A stretch of DNA of 63,289 nucleotides, counting the filler, from Choristocarpus tenellus KU-1152 (Eukaryota > Protista > Phaeophyceae), in the NCBI GenBank assembly GCA_964200185.2. It is 9 parts of 9 records of this genome, joined end to end, with 100 filler letters (N's around TTAATTAATTAA, not from the genome) between each part and the next. Parts side by side here need not be neighbours in the genome. Positions count along the whole stretch, not along the records: positions 46,275 to 52,282 come from CAXNAD020009183.1; positions 52,383 to 59,047 come from CAXNAD020007615.1; positions 59,148 to 63,289 come from CAXNAD020016008.1; 6 more parts are not named here. One strand, 5' to 3'. The translations under genes and the position numbers were made by a program. Positions 48,456 to 61,649 of the stretch are shown here, in pieces; the first letter of the stretch is position 1, and each line of letters starts with the position of its first letter. The notes below the pieces were generated by a model. It was not told the origin of the DNA, ran no database searches, and was given only the letters and a program-made list of their open reading frames with translations.

Positions 48456-50952
48456 CTTACTATCCATGAATGACTCCAGTGTAGTGGAGGGAGAAGTAGT
48501 GTAGACCACCTCCTCTTCCTCCTCGCCATATCCCCCATCCTCCCACCCCCCTTTTCCCTCCAGATCTCTATCCTCATCGAGTGCAAGATCTGTTGACTTT
48601 GCTGTGCCGCCCTCACCATACGCCTGCCTCTGATTCCAACAAAACCATCAAACGGGCCCAGGCGAAGTGGGAGGAGGTTTAGAAACAAAAAACTTCAAGA
48701 GAGAGCTGATCGAAATGAGGTTGGCTTGGAAGCAACAGAATGAATTCTTGAGTTGGATGGGGCACCATGGGTAGAGTGCACTAGTTATACCCCACCCTCA
48801 AGCACATAAGCAATACCTTAACATATGCGATCCTGATCCTGATTCACTCACAACCACCCCCCACACTCCCACTGACAATACCACAGCCCTGTGCACCAGA
48901 TACAGAACACACCTCCACTTCCAAATCAGAAAAAAAAAATAACCCAAAGTAATATCCACCCACCCAAAAAAATAGTTAAAAGCACAACACAGTAAACACT
49001 AAAAGTGATTCACCAGTAGACAGCAATCCCAACACCAAGCACTTTTCGCTGGTTATCACTTATGTACAAAATGATGCTTTCGTTTAAAGAGGGAGTGGGT
49101 GGGGGGGGGGGCAGAAAGCAGCTGCCTCTCACTAAACACCACAAAAAAAATCTGAAGGTCAGCACAAAGGCTTTATCAAACAAGGAATGAAAGACCAAAG
49201 GAAAAAAGCCACATTAGGGACTTACATAGTCCTAACAACTTAGAAGTTAGGGCAAAAAAATAATGAATTACCTTCCACATCAATTTGTTTTCAAGCCATT
49301 TCATGAATGATAACAAAATATTCAAAGAGATAAAAAAAAGAGGACAGCAGTAGCCCATCCTTTATCTCATATCTGTGGGGTGGGGAAAGCAGTACGACAA
49401 GGAATGAAGATAAGTCAGAAAACTCACCCAGCAGCCATGTACTCGAAGCACATTGTCATGCCTCATTTTCATGAGTAGGCTTAGCCCTTTCTTGAGTACC
49501 TGACGCCTCACTCGGGGCACCCCCCTACCAGGGAAGCGTGCGACCAAGGATAGCATGGACAAGACATTTTGGGGAGGGGGACTGGGAGGGTCAACTGAGA
49601 ATGTACGAAATGAAATGATTTAGAGTCACCTTTAGTGGAACGGGATTTAAGTACGTAACACTCAATTAATAGATAGTGCCGTATCAGTACCACCAGGAAT
49701 TTCAAGCTTGCCAAACAAGGGGAAAGGAAGAAAAACTGGGAGAAGGAAGAGACAGAGATATATATTGGCTAGGTGGGTGTTGGAGCGCAAGCTTTTTTCA
49801 AACAAATCATATCAATGGGAGGGAGTTAGTCAAGTATGGGAAGGGATAGGATGGAAAGAAATAACGAGGGAGAACTACAGTGAGGTATGGGTGGGAAAGG
49901 ACAACCACCATCGCAAGTCCAAAATATTATCCCGACCACCACTTCATGTGCGTTAACCCATCTGAGACGTTACAGATTGGCGGCGAGTTTGGGAAGAGCA
50001 TAACGAGGAGATAGGATGCAACTACTGATTGTAGAATTGTGCGAATGTGCCAATATCGAACTCCTGAAGCAGAATGGCAGGGCGAGATAGGTGTCCATAC
50101 GGCACGGAAGGCTCGAAAGACAAGCATCCGATACTCTGGGAATAAATTAGGGATGGCGATGAGTACAGGTGGACCATTTCACCAACTGAAGCAAACAATA
50201 TCACAGAGGGTGATACTACCTCTCTCAGTTATTTCAGTGCGTCTAGGGTACACAGTAGATCTTGTGGTATAATTGAAGGCCTACAGAACTCGTGGGTCAG
50301 CCATCGTCGCACAGGAAATGTATTCATAGTCCATACATAGCGATCGTTGAGAGTGCATTCCAGGTGTGGTACCTGAGATCGACCACATTCCATGCCACCT
50401 GGACGCCATTGAAAGTGTCATAGGCTGGATGCACCACCACGTTCGATCTCTTGGTCCCATCCAAAGGAATCGAATTGCCCTGTACACGAAAGGAGTAGGA
50501 TGTGAAGACGGCATTGCGATTGTGAATCTGCTCCACTCTGTCGAATCTAGTTAATGACCCTATTTGGTCGCAAGTGAAAAAAAAATGGGCAAAGATGGAC
50601 ACTGACCAGCCATGGGGATGGAATAACATCAACGGCGTTGGTTGATATGGACCCCAATTCATTTCACTATTTCTAGTGGATAAACCGAGGACAGAAAGAG
50701 TATGCCAGGAGATATTGAATAACTCTCCATTCCAATGTACAACGAAGGCTTTAGGGTGCGAGGGCGGTGAACGGTCTTCGAGTTGAAGAGAGGAGGGGAA
50801 TGGAGGATCAAGTCCCGAAATACAACTACATAACCAGAAGACAAAATTGAAGGACGGCATATTGCACTTAGGTCCCTCGCTGTTCAGCAAACCTTCACGA
50901 ACCGCCCATCTGGCGATGTTCCTAAGCGGCGACCACTTGACGGAGGGGACAT
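48456..50952 (-). CDS. WNK/NRBP-like protein kinase N-lobe, probably a pseudokinase; 3' exons not resolved
   Basis: Exons 50952-50893, 50479-50373, 49524-49428, 48629-48456 give MSPPSSGRRLGTSPDGRFVK/GNSIPLDGTKRSNVVVHPAYDTFNGVQVAWNVVDLR/GVPRVRRQVLKKGLSLLMKMRHDNVLRVHGCW/...EEVVYTTSPSTTLESFMDSK. WNK hallmarks SPDGRF, AxDxxxGxxVAWN and HxNxL...W are present. Confidence 0.75.
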
Positions 50953-52427
50953 GAACGTGGAGAGAGATCCTCTAGGTCTAAAGTTGTTATAAACCCTCTT
51001 CGATGATCCACACCAGTTGGTGTGGTTAAAGTGGGTGAACGTCTCAAGTTCTAACCCTCCAGATGACTCTTCACAATACTGACTGACATGCACATCATGT
51101 CATCAAAACAAAAAACAAATGATATATTGTTTTGACTCTTGGACAGTAGAAGGAAATATATATATGAATGAAAAGGATGAAAACGAGGTTGATCAATCAC
51201 AATAGGTGAACGTGTCAAGGAATTCAATTTTGGAACCCCAATGAATTTTGCGATCAAGAGAATTCACGCTATTACACCGTCAATAGGAAAACCATCTGAC
51301 GTTCTGACAAGAGACGAAGTATAATTCTGGGAGTTAGCAAACGGTTATATATATTGTATACTTAACGGGAGATCTGGTAATCGAGACTGAAAATGAATAT
51401 TTCAGGAGACATCTGGTAATGGAGGCTGTAAATAGAAGGAATGATGTTGAATAAATAAACCGAGGTAAAGTTGACGTGGATCGACGAACCATTCTTTTCC
51501 GGAACCACACCTCTTCTCATATTTTCTTCTTCTTCGAATGAAGGTTAGGGTTATTTGTCATATATATACATGTTCGACTCAAGGTTAGGGTCAGGTTCAC
51601 GATTAAGATCAAAGTTAGGTTTTCAAAAATATCTGTGAAAAAGTACAAAATAGGTGCTAACGAGTAGTAGTGATAGTGTGGATCATTGAGAGGTAGGTGG
51701 TGGTTGCCAAGTGTACTCACTACTAACCATTGCTTTTGGTTATTTCCCTCCCCAAACATATTTCCAAAAAATGTTATTTGAACAAAATAACTTCTCACTA
51801 TATCAAATGTACATGTACTCCAAAAACACATGTTCCCAATGTGTTAAGGCGGAAACTTAACAATCAGTAATCAGTGTTAAGACACGGGCTTAACGATCTG
51901 GAATCTGCACCAAGTCTGTGACTTGTTACTGTACGTTTTACTGCATCACAATGTGAAACTTCTCCCAGAACGTTTCCCCTTCTTCAGTGGTTAGGATATT
52001 TTTCACACACAACCTAGAATTAGGATCAGTGTTCGGGTTCGGGTTAAGTTTTCGAAAATGCACTTGAAAAAGTGAAAAAAGAAACGTAGTACAACAACAG
52101 TCGTGACTCCTGAAGAAGGGGCCATTCAACGATCAAAGACCTGCCACTCCATCTAAAACTTTTGTAGCACCATCTAAAATGCACCACAACAAGGGGGACA
52201 GGCTCAAGGCCACTATTCCATAATAATCTTTCGCACCCACCCATCCTCTTGATTGCTCACGATTTAGTGGGATCGTGGGGGGNNNNNNNNNNNNNNNNNN
52301 NNNNNNNNNNNNNNNNNNNNNNNNNNTTAATTAATTAANNNNNNNNNNNNNNNNNNNNNNNNNNNNNNNNNNNNNNNNNNNNGGTGAAGGTGGGGTGTGG
52401 GTGGAGGGGTTGGGGGTGAGTGAAGAA

Positions 52428-52470
<43 letters not shown>

Positions 52471-53508
52471 GTTATTGCACAGGTATCGTGGCTGTGAGAG
52501 TAAAGGGAGATGGTACTGTGTGAACAGATATGTGTTTATATGGTGGGGGGCTGGGGCTGTGGGGGCTGTGCTGGCGGCACGAAGGTTAATTGGTTTTGAG
52601 GATTTGTTATATTGATGGAAGGCGTTTGTCCTGTGTTGTGGTCTTGTAGTACCATGTGTGCTTGTGTGCCCTATCCTTCCCTTCCCGCCTCTGCCTCTGC
52701 CTCTGCCTCCTGCATTTGGTAGGAGTAGCTCGATGTGTGGCCTTACTCACTCAGTTTGTCCAGCTTTGTTTGTTTGTTTTTCTGGAAGGTGATTCTGTTT
52801 TGTCCGCAGTTGGAGCATTGTGTTGGTGGTAGTTCCCCTTGGGTTTGTTGACTGAGCACTCTTAAAGGCATTCAACAGCATGGGGTGGTTGAATGTCTTT
52901 ATTATACCCTGGCGGGCTGGTGGTTTGGCCCATACCCTTCTCCTTGAGAACGGATTGATCCAAACGTAGCAATAACCTATCAGGCGTTTCCATTGCCCTC
53001 GCCTATTTTGGATTGTAGTTGCCTGCCTTAGCATGACCTGTTTGTACATGGTAAGAAAGGGCAATGTGCTTCATCCTACTATTGCAATTTGACATGTTGC
53101 TGTATCTGTCTGGCTCCAACCCTTCAACTAATTCCCATCTGTTTTTGGGGTTGGATAAGTAGTTGAATTAATCTTGACAAATATCCTTATCATCGGAATG
53201 CCTTCCTTCTTCATAGAACCCATTTATGTGCCTTCTTTTTCTTAAACCTAACCCTAACCCTAACCTCTTGTCTGATTCCAGGTGACCCCATTGAACCAGT
53301 CTCAACTATGGCCTCTCTGCTTAAGAACCGTTTGTATTATCTTTTTGTTCACAGTGTCAACAGACAGGTGAAATACTACAATCCCCTCAATTCCTGCCCA
53401 TCGACTCTAAATTCACCTCATTTTTTTGTGTTCCCTCTTTTGCCCCTTTGCCCCCCCTTGCCTCTTTCACCCAACCCACCCGCCCAACACAATACTAAAC
53501 CCTGCAAG

Positions 53509-53865
53509 AACACTCTCTATGGAGACAAGAGTGCTGCTTCCCCAGGAGGGATTCGCCTGGGAACCCCAGCAATGACCACAAGGGGTCTTGGCGAGGTTGA
53601 GTTTGGTCAGGTAGCACTGTTCCTGGACCGGGCTGCTAGTCTGGCTCTTGCAGCCCAGGAGAGGGCTGGGAGTAAGAAGCTCAAAGACTTTATGAAAGTT
53701 TTGGATGCAGATCCTGAAGTGGAGGTACTGAGAGGGGAGGTGGAGGCGTTTGCAAGTGGGTATTTTTATCCCGGAGGTGGTGGGGTGGGCAGGGGGGAGG
53801 TGACTGGGGCAGGGGCAGGGGCCGAGGGGGCAATAGAAGGGAATGCTGGAGAAGGATGGGGTTGA
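53509..53865 (+). CDS. SHMT: Serine hydroxymethyltransferase, terminal exon
   Basis: After an AG acceptor: NTLYGDKSAASPGGIRLGTPAMTTRGL...FLDRA...KKLKDF...LRGEVEAFASGYFYPG, then a Gly-rich tail and TGA. Confidence 0.92.
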   Translation, partial: NTLYGDKSAASPGGIRLGTPAMTTRGLGEVEFGQVALFLDRAASLALAAQERAGSKKLKDFMKVLDADPEVEVLRGEVEAFASGYFYPGGGGVGRGEVTGAGAGAEGAIEGNAGEGWG

Positions 53866-56800
53866 TTGAGGGCGAAGATGTTTTATCAAATTTTGGGGGG
53901 AGTTAATAGTTCGGTGCTGGAGAGGTCATCCACGACCAGTTAAGTATACCTTGACTGGAGTTGAGGTGTGGGCTACCAAGTAACTAACAAGAAGGCGAGG
54001 CTCTGCTGCTTATGATTTCATGAAGAGTGATTGGTTGATCTCATGAAGTTGCTTCTGCTCTCTAATGAATGTGCTAGTGTTGTTTGTTGGCTTGTACCTG
54101 CACTCGTTTTGCTTTTCAAGGATGAGGATGAAACCGCAAACTAATCCTCCATGATGATGGGGGCAGCCAGGCTACAGTCTCCTTGATGAATGACGAGGAC
54201 AAGACAGTTATGGTGCTGTGTTGTGTGTGTGTGTTGCAATAAAAAAGAAAGGGGAAGCAGTGACACTATCAACAATAGAAGAGAGCACACGCTTGTATTG
54301 CTAGCACTGGGAATAGCTACGATTAGATCAAAAATCCCAAGTTTTAATCAATGTCGAAAATTGAGGGTGGTTTTTTGGGAAGAAAAAAAACGTGTGAATG
54401 TGTGCTGCTCGCAGTGCCCGCGCAGCTCATTGACTCGCACGCTTCGGTTCACACACGTTTTGAATATAATGAGTACATAATCATTTTTATAGTCGATTTG
54501 AGTACTACTCATACATTATTTAGTTTTCTACTCACAAGACTATGCACTGCACCTTTTTTAAAGCAGATACTGTGGGTGATGGAAAGACGGTGAGTGTACC
54601 TTGGTCTTGACTACTTTCATAAGATTACCTGTGTTTCTTTTTTTGTGAAAAAGTCTTCCTACTCTGCATGTTTGTTAGCTGGAGATGATAATGGCCTTGA
54701 GGCCCTATCAGTGGACCGAGTCATGGTTTGTGCTTAGTTTTTGTGTGATACGATGTAGTAGTGTTGAGACAGTCGCATTTTGACTAGATACACAGTTCAG
54801 TGTAACTGTAGTGGAAGTGAAGGTTCAGAACAGGTCTGGAGATCTGGATATTGTATTGTGGAATGTTGTACTTGGACAACATACTATACATCAATTCGTT
54901 GGATAAGATTGTCTATTAGATGACTGGTGAGGTAAGAATAGCCTACAATATGGAGGATGGATCTCTCTCTCATCTGGAGTTGGATAACTACTAGATTTAC
55001 TTCAGACAAGGGACTCTGATATCGTATCATTCTTTTGAGGTGCAGCCAGTCAACTTAACAAACTACCAGGAAATACGTCCAATGGTACGATTTTATAACC
55101 CCCAACTATGCTTGGAAGTGTGTCATGAACAGTGGCGTTCAGAACGTCAGGAACTACAGGGACAGTGGACATAATCAGCCCGAAATATACCTTATCGACA
55201 ATTGTTGCTGATGACAGTGCAAGATATATCGTTGACTGGTTATTCTGTACATGGTTATCCACACACAGTTATACCTTCCCACCGACCAATTTGGTGCAGT
55301 ATCCTTAGTGCTGTTACTTAGATGAGTAATTCGATGCCAGTATCATAATAGTTATTTTGATAGGTGTCTTGGACAATACCGCCAGGATTGTTGGTCTTCA
55401 AGGCAGTGATTTGAAGTTTGAAATAGTGTAAGGCGTTTCTTGTTGCCCAGTTTCTGCAAGCTCAGACCTTGTTAGCCCTCTACCTCCTACGTATGAATAG
55501 AAAAATGGTAGCTAACCCCTGGTAGCCTCAACCCACCAGAAGAAGAGCAGCTCCTGTTTTGTTTCCACCTGGAGATCTCATTGACCCGCCTCAAGATGTG
55601 TGACCCAACCATTTGTTATCAGGCGTTTGTCTATGTTATGGCGATAAGTTGTTTTGTGAACATCACGACAATGAATTATTCAAAACATCACACTTCTCAC
55701 CCACCTTACCAGCTTGTCTACAGACCATCGTTCCTCTGCCTCCCTCCTCCTTGCTACCTACCTGCCTTACGATTCGTGAAAGCTTACCTGATATTAGGCA
55801 TCCCCTTGCGAAAACTACTAGTTCCCTGCTACCTCAGTAGTAAGGTGTTATTTGGTGCTATCAAGACGTGATCCTCCATCTTCAGGGACACACTATTTTT
55901 GGTTGCTTTTCATTGGTGGCGACAACAGGTTAAAGCAAGACAACTTTTTCGTGAGAAGTGCAGCAGAAGGCAGAGTGATAGTCAAGGTATAGGAAGTGAG
56001 CGAACTCTGAGGGTGCAAAAGTTAAATAGGAGTATGTTCGTATGCCTGTGCATGTCTCTGCTTGCAATTCAAAGCGCAGCTAAGAGCAAGAGTGATAGAA
56101 ATACAAGATCCGATTCCTTCTCTTCTGTCAAGAGAAGTGATGCCATCAGCGAAAACTTGAGTCAAACCAACTGAGAGGTTGGCAGAGTTGCTGGATCCCT
56201 AGTAAAGGCAAAGATATGTAATTTAAACAATCTCAGAAAAAGCTTTTGCTTGATTGTGGTGTCACTTTTTGTTTGGAAAGGGAGAAAATCAATGTTGCGT
56301 ACACTATTTTTCACTACATATTGTATTGAAAAGACTGCAGAACTGGTCGTAGAAATCTACAGCAGACATCTTCCGTGGTAGTAGTAGATGTGGGCGTTTC
56401 AAGAAGTACTATTTACATGTGGATTATAAATTACTAATACTGTGTATGATTGTAGTTTCTATAATGATGATAGTACAGTAGTATTGGTAGTAATGTTGTA
56501 CAATTACTACTGCTTAACTATATTACTTAGTATGAATTGTGTGATTCTGTGGTGGCGTGGTTCACTCAGGTAAGTAAGGGTGGTGAAGGGAATCACCGAC
56601 GAAGACGAACCAGACGGACCAGAGACCAACCGTAACTGAGAGGACGAGGTTAAGGTTGGACAAGTGCAAGACTGCAAGGACTTGTAGGGGAAAGTAGGGA
56701 ACTGAGGAAGTGGGGAGGATAACGATCTGGATAGAGATGGGAGATCCGCCTTCCGAAAAACGTACCATAAAGAGACATTACGGGAAGACACGGAAAATCT

Positions 56801-57604
56801 ATCCAAGTAACCTCCACACGGGTGAACCGAAGCCCTCAGAAAACAACCTCAATCGGTATAACGGTATATAATATACGGCAATAATGGTATAACAATAGAC
56901 AAACCTGCTTTCCACACTATGTATATTTTTTATTATTATGCCCTCTGACATTTTCTAGATGTTTCAGGGGGAAAACAAATGAAAACTTGAGGCTCGCAGA
57001 CGGCGCCAGTGAGGTATCTATATAGTCTGATGACCAACGAAAATGGTGCTTATCTGATCAAGAGAAAAGGTGCAGTTATTTGCAAGTTAAGTGTACGACA
57101 TGTGTATATCAATCTGCAAAGGTGGGAGAGAGAGCAATCATTGTAACCTGAGATGTCGAGATTTCAGAAACTCTAATACAATCGAAAACTACTGCCATAT
57201 TCTCAAGCCACAAACTTATGTTGTAACTATAGCGAATAGAATATTATCTTTTGGGCCGTACTCACGCATACTTCTTGCTCACACTGGTTAGAGCGTGAGA
57301 TGCCATACGCATGGTAATCACCTGGAACACAATATACAGTGATGATGGTGGTGCTGGTGACTTGGACAACCTTAGTTACTGCATGGTGTACATCAGCGAC
57401 TACATCTTCCATGGAATACCACCCTGCTATGAAGCTCATTGTGGTACTCATTGCGCCAGTAGTCACACACTTGTACCACTACTACTGTTGGTTAGAGGCC
57501 TTAATAATAGTGCTCCAATCCTCAAACGCAGACTCCAACTTATCAAGGTTGTATAGGAGGCATACCTACTAGTTCTTCTCCTTATCCAAACATATCGACA
57601 CTTT

Positions 57605-57675
57605 ATCCCAGTCAATTTTGGGTCAAGCCCATCCTCAATGAAGAGCTCCATCCTCAATTTTTGAAATCGGCTGTT
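57605..57675. repeat. Short dispersed repeat, also at 15-70 (+) and 38678-38740 (-)
   Basis: CCCAGTCAATTTTGGGT.AAGCCCATCCTCAATGAA.AGCTCCATCCTCAATTTTTGAAATC; probably the end of a non-autonomous DNA transposon. Confidence 0.7.
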
Positions 57676-58282
57676 CTTACCGCCGTGCTTCTGTTGGCGC
57701 ATTCCCTTTGTGGTGAGAGTGTGGTGGCGAGGGGATCTTTCACAACATTATTTTTTGTATGCAATAAATTGATACACAGCACTCCGGACTGCTTTGAAGT
57801 GTGGTATTTTCAAGTTTATCGGTATCTTCGATATACCTCTGGGGGTATCTTAACCTGCGGTCAGAGGCAGTACATACCACTCACAGCTGGGGGTGCACTC
57901 ATCAGCACGCGGCCCTTCTCACATTCATGACAGCCTTGTTGCCATCATTCCATCTGTTTTAATGGAGCATATGTCTGTCTAGGCTGCTAACCCTTACCTC
58001 CAGCAAAGGCACTCCTTTTTTTACTAATCAACCTGCCTCAGGCCCCGGTAAGAACGGGTGGTGCTTTTCTCACAAAGAGTCAAGCTTCACCCTTGTGCAT
58101 CCTCATCCAATAATGTCTCATCATCCTGTGCCCTGTAGCTTTCCACTCCTCAATGTTTACAGGTACAGAAGAAACAAGCTTTTTTCTACTGACCAATAGT
58201 CATCCATATACCTCTTCCGCCAGCACCTCCACAAACAAGAGGTAGCTGGTGGGTTGATGAAACAAAATGTTTTCTTCGTCCA

Positions 58283-58459
58283 GACCCAAAGTATCTGGGG
58301 GGGGGAGAGGGCTTCATGAAAGCGTCCATTTGGACCAATACCAGGAAAAGTGCACTTTCATTATCCATCCGACATATGCAACCAAATCACCCAAAAATCG
58401 CGACATGAAAATTTTAGCTCCAAATGGACAGCCACCACCCCTCCCAGGTACTTTGAGCC
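58283..58459 (+). mobile_element. 177-bp GACCC-type MITE, related subfamily
   Basis: TIR GACCCAAAGTATCTGGG.GGGG...CCCCTCCCAGGTACTTTGAGCC; subterminal GTCCATTTGG/CCAAATGGAC as in the main family; TSD TCCA/TCCA. Confidence 0.8.
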
Positions 58460-58824
58460 TCCATACAGGAAAGAGTACAAGAATTCGACTGGGAAGTACA
58501 AGTTTGCTGTGGGCTGGAGGTTACTCCTCCGTGGAACATCGTCACTCCTCTTGCATGTAGTAGAATCCTTGTAGCTAATCCCACTGTCACTGCTGTAAGA
58601 GGAATCCGCTGATTTGAGACATCTGGGTACTGACCTTTCTCTCATCTTCATGCTTCAATCGAACATTTTTTTTCTCCTTTTTATATTTCTGTTATTTTAT
58701 TTTTTTCTTTGCCTTTCTTGACATGATATCGTAGTACAGTACCTACCCCGATTTTATTCATCCATGGGCATGCCCGAAAAAAGCGGCACAGAATTGATGT
58801 GGTACAAAATCGTTCTTGTAGTAG

Positions 58825-59021
58825 TAATTAATCGTGGTTAGCTGGGAAATCAATCGTCGAAGCGACTGATTAATCGTGGCATTCCTGAGAAATCAATTGT
58901 GGAATCGACTAATTAATCTTGGTGAGCTGGAAAATCAATGGCCGAAGCGACTGATTAATCGTGGTGAGCTAGGAAATCAATCGTCGAAGCAACTAATTAA
59001 TCGTGGTGAGCTGGGAAATCA
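58825..59021. repeat. Tandem repeat, ~4.6 x 42-43 bp
   Basis: T(A/G)ATTAATCGTGGTGAGCTGGGAAATCAATCGTCGAAGCGAC units, head to tail, with no unique spacers. Confidence 0.88.
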
Positions 59022-59958
59022 TTCATAAGCTTCATGGATAGGATGGANNNNNNNNNNNNNNNNNNNNNNNNNNNNNNNNNNNNNNNNNNNNTTAATTAAT
59101 TAANNNNNNNNNNNNNNNNNNNNNNNNNNNNNNNNNNNNNNNNNNNNGTGGGTTTGTGGTTGTGTCGGGGTCGAGGGTTCGTGTGGGGGGGGGCTGGGGG
59201 GGGTGTGTGGGACGGCGGCGGGTGGTGGGGGGGATGCTGCAGGGTAGTTATCTGGTTATCTGTTTTCTCAATGCGATGTGGTTTACCTTGTGGTTTCGAA
59301 GGGGACCTGAATGTATACTACTACCTGGAAGTTCCCCGCCAGTGGAAAAGCAGTTTTTTGTTTGTTTGTTTGTTTTTGGGGGGGGGTTGGGTTTGCTCAT
59401 CCCTTGTCACTCCTGCTCCTGTAGTGCTGTACCTTGTGGTGTTGGTATTGTGTGGCGTGTGCAGGCAGTCAGAACCCTACCTCGAGGTCATCACGTCTTT
59501 GCAATTTTGTAGTTGGAAGTGTTTCCAGCCTGGGAGGTTACAGGGACAGATAGATGGTCAGCCCCGTGTGATGTCCTCCCCCCCCCCCCCCTCTGTTTGT
59601 AATGTAAGTCAGGAGAGGAAGGAGATGGAATCCTTGCAAGGCCGCCTTTGCTAGGCCTTGAAGGTCCGTCGTCGCATGGTTGGGATTTGAACAAAAAAAA
59701 AAGCGATTCGTTTTTTGTTTGTTTGTTTGTTTGTTTGTTTGTCTGTGCAGAGGGGATTGGTTGCGGAAGGAACACAAACGCCTTGACAACAAAATGAACT
59801 CCTTGTTATTGATCCTTCCCAGGATACTGAAGTGCGACTGAACGGCGACGACCTACCTAACTTCGCATGTATGTATCGCGGCGTCTGTTCCAACTGTGTA
59901 ATGGTGTATGTAACTTTAATATTAATCTTGACACTATCTTGGATTGCTGTCGGTGAAG

Positions 59959-61649
59959 GTGATTGCAGACGGTGACATCCATGTTTATGGTCCTCTCCGA
60001 GGGCGTGCCCTGGCTGGATTGTCCGGAAACGCCTTCGCAAAGGTGTGAGCTGCGGCCTCAAAACCCTAACCCTGAAACCTTTCGCCTTTGCCTCAGCCCC
60101 AACTGACACCTTCCTATCTCCAACCATAGCTTCAACTCCCATCTCTGTGGCAGGCGTTGGGGGTGCTGCTGACTGAGTCTTAATGGCCCCTCTGACTTCC
60201 GGATGGTGGTTGTATGTGGAGGACTCTGTCCAGAGATGTTGTGGAGTGTGTTTTGCCGCATTTGTCAAAACCTTTAGTTTGAGGAAGCGGGTTATGCTTA
60301 TTGATTGATGCCCATTTTCGAACGCCTTCCATCTTTTCTGTAAACAGAAGTTGAAAGAAATGCCTTGAAACCCAAAAAGCATCCAAGACGCTCTCCCCTT
60401 TCACAACAGGCAGTTTGACTCATTGTTGATGATTAGCCTGGATTTATACACCATGTTCAAAAAGAAAAATCGTGCGCGCGCACGCACGCACACGCACACG
60501 CACACACACGCACATCTACACAACCTTCAGTTTACGAACTCGTTGTGCCCGGTGTGCCAGTGCTTTCATGTCTCATACGACAATGTTCCAAAAACATGTT
60601 CCAGATATTCTCCACGAGGTTTGATGCAGAGCTGGTTGGCGTTGCCGACGTCTTCACAACATGTGATGATCCTGTCAGTCTGCCTGGATTGGTGAGGGCA
60701 GGAGTTGGGGAAGGTCTATGGAGGGCTTAACGCGGGTTTCGTGTGGGCTGTTGGTCATGATGTCCACGATTATTCTTCAACGGGATTGAACTGTGTGTGG
60801 CGTTTCTTCTTAGAGAGGCTTGTGGAGTAGAAGTCTAGGTTGAGATTGGCAGCAGCAGGGACGTGCTACCATGTGTTGCATGGGGGATTTGCCACGGACT
60901 TGACAAGACGGAAATGTGTGAGGGGTAGAGGTAGAAAACCGGTCTGTGATTTATTGGGTATATGCATACATGTTGCTGGTGCAGCACTTCGTGCACATCA
61001 GCAAGGTGAATGTAACCAATTGAATGCTCTGGACTTGAAAAGGAAACTGGGACATGATTGTGTGTTTCACCCTGATTGCGTTGTTTGTGTGTGTGTGTGT
61101 TTTATTGTAATTGAGTTTGTGTTGCTTGCTGCCCTTCGAGAAGTACTGTATGGGTTTTTTATTCCGCAGAGAAGTCCCATCAAGTAAGAACACATCCAAA
61201 TAGCATGTCAGTCTTGGTAAGCAGGATCCTCAGTTTGACGTTTTCTGCATGACTTGGGGGCATCGAAATGATTTTCACTCATCCTTGTCTCCTTTTTTCT
61301 CAATGGCTTCCTCTTGAACAAGACTTAACTGTTTTGAATGCTTTTCTTTTGGTTCATGGGGGAATTTTGAAGTTTTTGCGCTCGAATTGGTGTGCTCCCT
61401 GGCATGCATGAGGAGAGGATGCCGTCAAAGGGAGAAGGTTGCCGTTGACTTGAGTTGTCCATGCTGACTGTAGATGACACACACACGTGCATGTGAACCT
61501 GCCTTACGTATTTTTGACATCCCTCCTTGTTGCCTGGTCACGTCAACCTTCCTCTGCCCTCTCTGTGACAGGCAGTGGACACTCCAACCAGTGTGTCACT
61601 TCAGGGTGGTCAGCTATGCTTCAAGTCCTTCAACATTTCGCCTCGGTGA
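59959..61649 (+). CDS. minC: Septum-site-determining protein MinC, C-terminal domain, spliced (3 exons; 5' part missing)
   Basis: Exons 59959-60042, 60605-60691, 61572-61649 (all GT-AG, phase 0) give [82 protein letters not shown]. This matches the MinC_C signature [21 protein letters not shown]...IFCxxLEAELVSIAG. Confidence 0.88.

Noticed and set aside
58825-59021. Possible CRISPR array
   Set aside because: Units are contiguous near-copies with no unique spacers, there are no cas genes, and the context is eukaryotic.
8673-59147. Recurrent TTAATTAATTAA palindrome within N-runs
   Set aside because: Artificial six-frame-stop contig linker. It also voids any gene-cluster interpretation across contigs.
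59651-60382. 243-aa minus-strand ORF
   Set aside because: Antisense to the MinC exon and introns; it includes microsatellite translation (QTNK repeats) and has no recognisable domain.
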